Shown: positions 1 through 7,200 of the stretch, one piece after another
Layout: each line of letters starts with the position of its first letter
How positions within the stretch are numbered: position 1 is the first letter of the stretch
NCBI GenBank assembly: GCA_031405995.1
Contig: JANOGJ010000260.1
Location: forward strand, 1 to 33,649
Length of the DNA stretch: 33,649 nt
Direction of reading: 5' to 3'
Source: Acidobacteriota bacterium
Lineage (GTDB): Bacteria; Acidobacteriota; Vicinamibacteria; Vicinamibacterales; SCN-69-37
The notes under the pieces: generated by a model
The model's input: only the letters and a program-made list of their open reading frames with translations
Told to the model about the DNA's origin: nothing
The model's database searches: none
Position numbers and translations under genes: made by a program

Positions 1-3000
1 GCGACGTGAGAGCCGTGCCAGTGTACGTCTTGAGGAACTGCGCCGACTGCGACTCGCCGCCGTAGACCTCCACCTGAGACGGCAGCGGTCCATTGCACCC
101 CGCACTTGCACCCGTACAGCAATCATAGGGATTGTCCACACCAGCGCACGACGCTGAATCGTTTGGGTTGTCCAGCATGATGTCGATGCCGCGGTTGACG
201 AACATGCACCCCTCAAAGCGCAGATATCCGCCCTTGGCAACGATCCCGACGCGGGCGTCTTGGTCAGCGTCGATCGAAGTGCCGATACTGAAAAAATGCG
301 AGTTTTGAAACGTGACGTTGTAGCTGTTCCATCCGCGGATGCGGAAGTGGCTCCCGGCCGTGATCTGCGACACGTCGCCAGCATCACTGCCGTTGAGGTC
401 GACTCCATTCGCGTTCGATGCTCGGCCCGATGGTCGATCGAACATGCACTGATTGAAGAGCGCCTGCGAGTAGTCCTCGTCGTAGGTAGGATCATCGCCA
501 CCGAAGTCGACACACACGCCGCGACATGCGAGGAAAGCGCTCCTGTCGAATCGCATGTTCCAACCCGACGCGGGCTGGCCGTCGACTGGCGCGGTGTCCG
601 TGCTCTGAACGCGCAGGACAGTTGCGGCAGAGAAGTCGCCGTCGAACGCGACGTTCTCGACGGTGATGCCGTCGGGGTTGATGATCGTGAACATCGTCCC
701 AGCGTCGGCGCCGTCCCAGATGAACGTCGGATACCCCGTGCCGGGACGGTACCCGCCCGTCTCGCCGCGCATGTTGAAGAATCGCCGCGTGACCGACACC
801 GCCGTCTGAATCTTGAACGTGCCACCGTGGAAGGTGAGGAACGTACCAGGCAGGACGTTGTTCAGGGCTGTCGTGATCGCCGGGCCGCAGTCGGCCGTCG
901 TGTTGGGGAAACAGCCCCACCATTGAATCGGGGCCTCAGAAATGCCAGCCGGGCCGTAGAGAACATCGGAGACCTGGGTCGGCCCAATGGCGACGGTGCC
1001 AGCACCTCCGAATATCTGGTAGGCGTCGGCGTCGATCGGTCCCTGAATGCGGATGGTGACGCCGCCGTCGGGTTTGAGAACGGCACCGGGCTCAAGACGG
1101 ATCGTGACGTTATATGGGATCGTGATGTTCGTGCTGATCTTGTAGCCGTTGGTCGATGACGGGAACTGGACCACGCCGCCAGATGTTGCCGCCGCCGTCA
1201 GCGTGGCATTGATTGCGGTGTAGTCGTTGGTCGACCCGTCGCCTACAGCGCCGTACCCCTTGACGTTGAACGTGCCGTTGAGGATTTTCGTCGTCACTGC
1301 TCCAGTCGCTGTGTTCGCGGTGAAGCCGGGCGAGACGCTAAACGACGCGCCGGAGTTGACCTGCACGTCATGGTCGACGCCAGCCGCGCTTCCACCGCCT
1401 CCGCCCGATCCTCCGTCTCCAATCGCCTGCCACGCCGACCCACTCCATCTACAGAATGACTTCGCCGTCCCGCCACCGGTGCATGACCCAGCCGAAGAGT
1501 CGTCCGTGACGATGTAGGTATCGCCCGTCGCGGGGCTGCCAGGGCGCGAGACATACGCCCCGCTCGGATAGCCGATAGCGGTGCCAGCCGTGATCTTGCC
1601 GGCCGCGGTGTAGTTTCCGCTGCCAAGCCACTCGTGCTGCGTGACTCCGCCTACGACGATCTTGTCGATGGAGGTCGTATAGGACGGTGGGAAGTGGCGC
1701 TGGTAGGTCCGCGCACCGCTGACGGCCTTCGCCAGCGAGTAGTTGCGGAACGTGCCAGCATCGTTCTGGAACTCGACCAGCGTGTCGTCGGATGACGAGT
1801 TGCGCTCCATGTGGTCAATCTCGATCTCTCTGATGTTCACCGAATCGCCGGCCGCGGTCACGCGGATGCCGTACATCGTCTGCGCTACTGGAAGCCTGCC
1901 GAACTCGGCGTTTCTTATCGTAGCGTGCCACAGCGCAGTTGTCGCACCGGGGACAGAGTGCGGGCCGTCGATTCGCACCATCTCGGTACAGCTCGACAGC
2001 GCGGTGTCGATCGTCAACATGAATAGGCCGTCGGACAGCACCCCAGTGCCGCACTGCTCGACCATGAAGTTGTCGAACTTAACGAGCCGATTGCTGCCGG
2101 TGAAGCTGAACCCAACGCCGCCGTGGAACACGACTTCGGACGCTGCGTGCTGGAACCGCGTCGGCGCTGACACGGTGATGGACCCAGACGCCACTGACGA
2201 AACCTTCGCAAGTTCGGCCGTATTCCCGATACCCAAGAGGACCATGTCGTCGGCTGCGAACGACGAGGACGACACGACGGACAGGACCGTCTGCCCTGCG
2301 GCTTCAAGGGCCGATAACGTCGTCTTGTCGTACTGGTTAGCGTGCGCGCCGTCGGAGATGATCGTCTGGTACTTCATGTTGGTGAACAGGAGATTGTGGA
2401 TGCCGACAGTCGAAGCGCGCGTAATGAAACACAGATCGCTCTGGCAGATGTTCGAGTCGAAGTGGAGCGTGTCGAGTTCTTCAGTGACCGTTGTGTCGTC
2501 GAGTTCGCCAAGGTACACGCGGCGGCCGTAGACGATATTGTTTCGGACGGACCCGGCCCCGTAGGTGTTGTCGAGTTCGAGCAAGTATCCGGTGTACGAG
2601 TTGTAAGTCGTTCCGCCGGACCCCGGGTAAAGCGGGCCGCCGTAGAGCGCCAGGTCGTGGATGTTCGGATGCTGCACGCGCTCGAATTCGATGATCCCGT
2701 GCGTGTACCCGAGGTCCTGGTCAAGCGCGAATGTCATTCCGCTGACTTCGGCACCGTAATGGCCCTGAGTTGCGCCGATCGCTGGGCCGATCTTCAGCAC
2801 CGGGGTAACGCGCGGATAGATGTAGACGCATCCGCCGGCCTCACCCTGCACACTCCACCGGCCCGCCCTGTCGGTTCCACTGTTAGCCTGAATCTGTTTC
2901 GTCGTGTTCCAAGCGTAGTGCCCGCATGGGAACTTGACGTTCGCCGGGCCAGAGTCAAATACGGTCTCGAACCCGGTCCAAGGATCGGCTGCGGTTCCGA

Positions 3001-3496
3001 CGCCGCCGGTCCTGTAGGCGTTGGCCTGCCGCTCGTTGTTGATGATTTTTGTCGTGACCGCGCCAGTCGTTGCATCCGCGGTGAACTCCGGGGCGTTGTC
3101 CAGCACTCCAGCGTTGTTGATCTGTACGTCACTGGTTGACCCGGCGACGGCCGCGCCGCCTCCGGTCATATTCGCCCAGTTCCCAGACCCGTCAGCACCG
3201 TAGATCGTGGCGGCGTTCGTCGTCTTGCAGATCGCCGTAGCCGTAGGCGCGGCTCCAGTCGGCGGATTCGCTGGACACGCAGGCAGGTCGGCCCTGACGT
3301 ACTTGCTCGTACCGGCATCGCACCGGAACACGGCCCCGGTCGAGTCGATTACGAGTTGTCCTGCCGGCGAGGTCGTCGGGAAGCACGCGGTAGTCCCTGG
3401 GACGACTGCGGTTGAGATGTACATCGCTGGAGCCGTGGCAGCGGCAGCCGCTCCACCGAGAACGAGTGCGAAGACGATGGCGAGTAGGCGACGCAT
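1..3496 (-). CDS. Partial (C-terminus lies beyond the left edge) >1165-aa beta-helix tailspike / polysaccharide-depolymerase-like protein. It has a signal-peptide-like N-terminus and two fibre modules joined by a Gly linker.
   Basis: Hand translation of the minus frame. ATG at 3496 follows the TAG of the 3508-4227 gene, with GGAG 7 nt upstream. I found no in-frame stop down to nt 2. All minus ORFs listed in 1-3500 are in the other two frames, so the track most likely omits this one because it lacks a stop. N-terminus is MRRLLAIVFALVLGGAAAAATAPA. Second module starts FNVKGYGAVGDGSTNDYTAINATL, a pectate-lyase-3-type beta-helix start. Confidence 0.75.
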   Translation of the reverse strand, partial: MRRLLAIVFALVLGGAAAAATAPAMYISTAVVPGTTACFPTTSPAGQLVIDSTGAVFRCDAGTSKYVRADLPACPANPPTGAAPTATAICKTTNAATIYGADGSGNWANMTGGGAAVAGSTSDVQINNAGVLDNAPEFTADATTGAVTTKIINNERQANAYRTGGVGTAADPWTGFETVFDSGPANVKFPCGHYAWNTTKQIQANSGTDRAGRWSVQGEAGGCVYIYPRVTPVLKIGPAIGATQGHYGAEVSGMTFALDQDLGYTHGIIEFERVQHPNIHDLALYGGPLYPGSGGTTYNSYTGYLLELDNTYGAGSVRNNIVYGRRVYLGELDDTTVTEELDTLHFDSNICQSDLCFITRASTVGIHNLLFTNMKYQTIISDGAHANQYDKTTLSALEAAGQTVLSVVSSSSFAADDMVLLGIGNTAELAKVSSVASGSITVSAPTRFQHAASEVVFHGGVGFSFTGSNRLVKFDNFMVEQCGTGVLSDGLFMLTIDTALSSCTEMVRIDGPHSVPGATTALWHATIRNAEFGRLPVAQTMYGIRVTAAGDSVNIREIEIDHMERNSSSDDTLVEFQNDAGTFRNYSLAKAVSGARTYQRHFPPSYTTSIDKIVVGGVTQHEWLGSGNYTAAGKITAGTAIGYPSGAYVSRPGSPATGDTYIVTDDSSAGSCTGGGTAKSFCRWSGSAWQAIGDGGSGGGGGSAAGVDHDVQVNSGASFSVSPGFTANTATGAVTTKILNGTFNVKGYGAVGDGSTNDYTAINATLTAAATSGGVVQFPSSTNGYKISTNITIPYNVTIRLEPGAVLKPDGGVTIRIQGPIDADAYQIFGGAGTVAIGPTQVSDVLYGPAGISEAPIQWWGCFPNTTADCGPAITTALNNVLPGTFLTFHGGTFKIQTAVSVTRRFFNMRGETGGYRPGTGYPTFIWDGADAGTMFTIINPDGITVENVAFDGDFSAATVLRVQSTDTAPVDGQPASGWNMRFDRSAFLACRGVCVDFGGDDPTYDEDYSQALFNQCMFDRPSGRASNANGVDLNGSDAGDVSQITAGSHFRIRGWNSYNVTFQNSHFFSIGTSIDADQDARVGIVAKGGYLRFEGCMFVNRGIDIMLDNPNDSASCAGVDNPYDCCTGASAGCNGPLPSQVEVYGGESQSAQFLKTYTGTALTS

Positions 3497-3507
3497 CACA
3501 AAGCTCC

Positions 3508-4227
3508 CTATGCCGAGGCTGCGGCGATGACAGTCCACTCGTAGGTGGCGCCGTCAGATTGGCGTACACAACACTTCAAGATGTCTGGGAGACCAGCGTC
3601 TCTCACGCGGTAGACGAGGCCGTCGTAGACCACGGACGGTGACGGTAGCGACGCCGCTGTAACAGTTGCCAACACGAACGATGACCCGCCGCCAACGGCC
3701 CCGCCGACCGCCGTGTCGACGTAGAGTTTCGTTGCGGCATCTTGATCTGCAGTTGGGTTGTCGAGGTTCTTGATGCGGTTCGAGAGAGCGTCGTAAGCCC
3801 CGGTCCCGATGATGTCGTTCACTCCGAGCAGCAAAGCCCTGGCGAGCGACGGATCGACGGTCGAGAGCAGGACCTCCATCTGCTGAATCATCATCACGAT
3901 GCGATCGAGTCCAGACTTCTCCAGCGTCTCAGGGAGGTAATTGCCCTGATTCCTCAAGTTGAGTTCCTGGACGACGTCGATGACCCTGGCAAGCAGGTAC
4001 GTGTCGCCAGCGACTGCCGGCGTCACGAGCAAGATCACGGAGCTTGCCTCGCCTATGTCGGCGATCGAGTAGTGTGTGCCGTAGATGAGGAGCGTCGCCG
4101 AGCCCCCCGACGGAGTTCGGTAGACCAGGAGGTCGTCGTTGCGCTGCACCGTGAACGGCACGGGGATCGACGTTGCCCCGGTGGACGTCGCCACTGTGAT
4201 CCGCGCGAGGCTGGAAAGAAGTGTCAT
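3508..4227 (-). CDS. Short tail fibre / fibre adaptor with a T7 gp17 N-terminal-like domain (239 aa)
   Basis: ATG 4227 has GGAGG 5 nt upstream, directly after the TAG of the 1911-aa gene. It sits after the ejection proteins, as gp17 does in T7. Contains NRIKNLDNPTADQDAATKLYVD, the widespread fibre motif (N-L-x-x-P-x-x-x-x-D-A-x-x-K-x-Y-V-D). Confidence 0.72.
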   Translation of the reverse strand: MTLLSSLARITVATSTGATSIPVPFTVQRNDDLLVYRTPSGGSATLLIYGTHYSIADIGEASSVILLVTPAVAGDTYLLARVIDVVQELNLRNQGNYLPETLEKSGLDRIVMMIQQMEVLLSTVDPSLARALLLGVNDIIGTGAYDALSNRIKNLDNPTADQDAATKLYVDTAVGGAVGGGSSFVLATVTAASLPSPSVVYDGLVYRVRDAGLPDILKCCVRQSDGATYEWTVIAAASA

Positions 4228-4229
4228 CG

Positions 4230-7200
4230 CTACCTCCGTCGTTCCTTGTCACGGCGGAAAATGAATTTGAGTGCGTCGCTTGGCTTGCGGAACCTCTCGC
4301 GTCCGGTTGCGAGGTCGCGGATGTAGCCTCCGGTGATCTGAGCCTGCGATACCGGCAGTCCGTAGAGCGTCGCGATCAAGGCCGCGGAGTCCTCAACGGC
4401 CGGTAGAATGTTGCCGCCCTTGAACGCCTTGACGTCGGATTCGATGGCACGAACCGTCGAGAGAGCGAGCGACTCCAAGCCGAAGAGCCGCGGGTCGTTC
4501 TTCTTGGCGAGGGCGCTCGACATCTCCTTCACGAACGGGATCATGCTCGCGTGATAGAGCGCGATCTGCGTCAGCGCCCAGTCCCAAGCCTTCTCTCCGT
4601 CTTTCGGGCCGCGACCGGACAGGATCTCCGACGCTACCGCCATGACGGCCACGCGCCAGAACTCGTTCATAATCGCGTGTTTCGCGGCCTTGGCGTAGCG
4701 CCCTTCGGCGGCCAAGCCCTTCGTTTCCCTTATCAGGCGACGCTGCTGGTTGTAGGCGTTGTTGAACCAGCCCGAGAACATCGAGAAGTACCGGAAGATT
4801 TGGTCATCCTGGAACGCCGCGATGTCCTTCACGCCGCCAGCACCGAAGTTCGTTCGGATCGTCGAGTCGGCGGATCGGACGGCCTGCTCGTGGGTGAGTT
4901 TGGCTGCGAGTTCCATTCGATACTTCGCAAGCCAAGTCGGGTAGTCGATCAGCGCGTTCGTCATGTTCGCCATCGTGTAACCGCTGCGGCGAACGGCTTG
5001 CACCCACGAGTCCCCGGTAACGGCTCGCTCGAACTCTCTCCTGACTTCGTTGTCCCGCGTCGTCATGCGGTAACGCATCTCAGGCGATGAGTTCTTGATG
5101 AACTCCATCGTCTCGGCGTGATTGTTGATGAGATCGACGGCGGCCTTGCCGAACTCCAATTCGCCGACGACCGTGTGAGCGATCGCCAGGTTAGCGAAGT
5201 TCTGCGTCGCGACGGTGCCCTTGTAACCCATCACCGCGGCGGCCATCGCGCTTTGCGCTGCCGCCATGTAGTCCCCGCCGAAAGACGACATCCCGCGCGC
5301 TCCAGCGATGCGGCGTAATCGCTCCAGCATCGCCTGGTAGTACGGGAGCCCAAGACGGTGCTTGATCTCCGCTGCGATCTCCGGCACTGTGATGAACCGC
5401 CATGCGTTGATGATCGCTTCTCGGTGCGTCGTATCGTGAACTACTTGCACGACGTGACCCGGTAGCCTGTTTATGTCTAGGTCTATCGCGAAGTTGGCCC
5501 CGGTGCGTTCGATGAGGTGGCCGTGGGGTGTGATAGCCGCGACGTAGCTTTTCGCATCGAACGGGCCGCCATCGGGGCCTGTCATCTTCTCGGCCAAGAG
5601 GCTTGAAAACTTAGGATGCGCGATGACGGGGTAGTACCCGCCCTCGTAGGTCTTGCTGGTGCCGTCCGCGAATTGCCGCGTGAACGATCGCCGCTCCACC
5701 TTGGGCGGCGCCAGCCCGGTTCGCCTCTTCTCCAGGGCCTCAGCTGCCGGCCAGAGCGCATCGAGGATGTTCCAGAAGTTTTGCACGTAGTCCCAGTGCG
5801 CTTCCGTCAGGTGGGACAGCGCCTCTTCGATCGTGGCGTCCGACCACTTGATGAGGCCGCCCTGCTCGGTCTGATAGCCTCCGAGCAGTTTCGAGTAGTT
5901 CGAGTCGTTCCCGTAGTTCGCCGCGATGCCGAGCAATCCCTTAAACGTAAAGGTCTGGTCGATCGACTTGACGTAGACGCGGCCGGTGTGGAGCAACCGC
6001 ATGTCGGCCTTTGGCATCTGCTCGAACGCGCGGAGCAACTTCGTTGCAGTCTCCATCCCGAGGGTCTTCTCGGCCGCCTGAGCATCTGCGGGCGCATGAA
6101 CCAGGAACTGCGAAAAGATCCCGTTTGGGTCGTTCCCGTCCATCTGGAGTGCGAGTTCTTCGAGGCGCACGGCCCAGGCGTCAAACTTGTTTCGGAACTG
6201 CGCAAATCGTTCGACGGCGCCAGCGGTCGTACTGTCGATGACGGCTCGCCCCGGATCAGGAATGTTCTTCTTGATGCTTTCGAGCGCCTCTTCCTTCACG
6301 GCCTCCGCGGCTCGCTCCTTGCCGACGACGATCAGTTTGTTCTTGATGCTGGCCGTGTACTGAATGCTCTTGACGGCGTTCCTCAGATCGAGGAGATCGT
6401 TGACGCTCAGGTTCTTCCAGTGCTCTTTGAACGACTCGATTCGGAGTTTCTGGGAGACAACTGGGTCGAACGACAGCGCCTCCTGCTCAGTGATCCAGTC
6501 CCCCAGAGCCTGCGTGCGGTCGATCGCCTTCAGCGTTCTATTTCTAAAGTCGAATCGCCCGAGGAGTGCGTCCTGCTGCTCCTGGTAGGTGCCGCCAGCC
6601 AGGCCGAGCTTCGCTCTGGCCGCTGGGCCGCCGCTGTTCCGTAGAAACCTGACCGCCGAGTCCGCTTCTCTCTTGGCCTCGGTCGCTTCCCGAGCGAGCG
6701 CGAAGTTGAGCAGCCGGCGACGCTGCCATTCGACGGCTTCATCGTATTTGCCCTTCCCGGCCGCCTTGATCGCATTCGTCGCGGCAGTCCGCTCGGCGCG
6801 TTGGTAGGACGCCGGATCAAGGTCGCGGACCTTGCCGGCGCGGATGTTCTCGAACGCCGCCGCCTTCAGGTCGGCCGCGGTGAGTCTCACGCGACGATTC
6901 CCGGCCCTGCGGTTGAGCGCGTCGAGTTCCTGGAGAAGCTGCGAGAGGCGGGCCTTGGAGTCCCTTGCCGCCTCCTGGGAGGCCTCTGGCAGCGTCCCGT
7001 CGTTCAAGATGTCGCCGTGCTTCTCGATCATGGCCGCGGCCGTCTGGCGGGTGATGCGGGCGTCAGGGTGGGCCTGGGTGGTCAAGGCCAGGAGTAATTC
7101 GTCGCCGCTTTCGTACCCAAACAGTGGCGCAACGGCGTCGGGATGGATGCCGCCAGTGGCCGTCATCCCGGAGCGGCCGAGCACCTTCCTGGCGGTCTGT

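Noticed and set aside
1280-3135. The two similar VQxN...TGAVTTKI(I/L)N-encoding segments as a DGR template/variable repeat pair
   Set aside because: The differences are not adenine-specific. Both copies are N-terminal junction motifs rather than C-terminal variable regions, and no reverse transcriptase is present in the window.
260-3139. Plus-strand ORFs 260-1159, 1743-2531 and 2342-3139, and the short minus ORFs listed in 1-3500
   Set aside because: They are Arg/Val/Asp-rich antisense or off-frame shadows of the long edge-open minus-strand ORF (1-3496). That ORF gives a coherent beta-helix protein and has a proper RBS and ATG.
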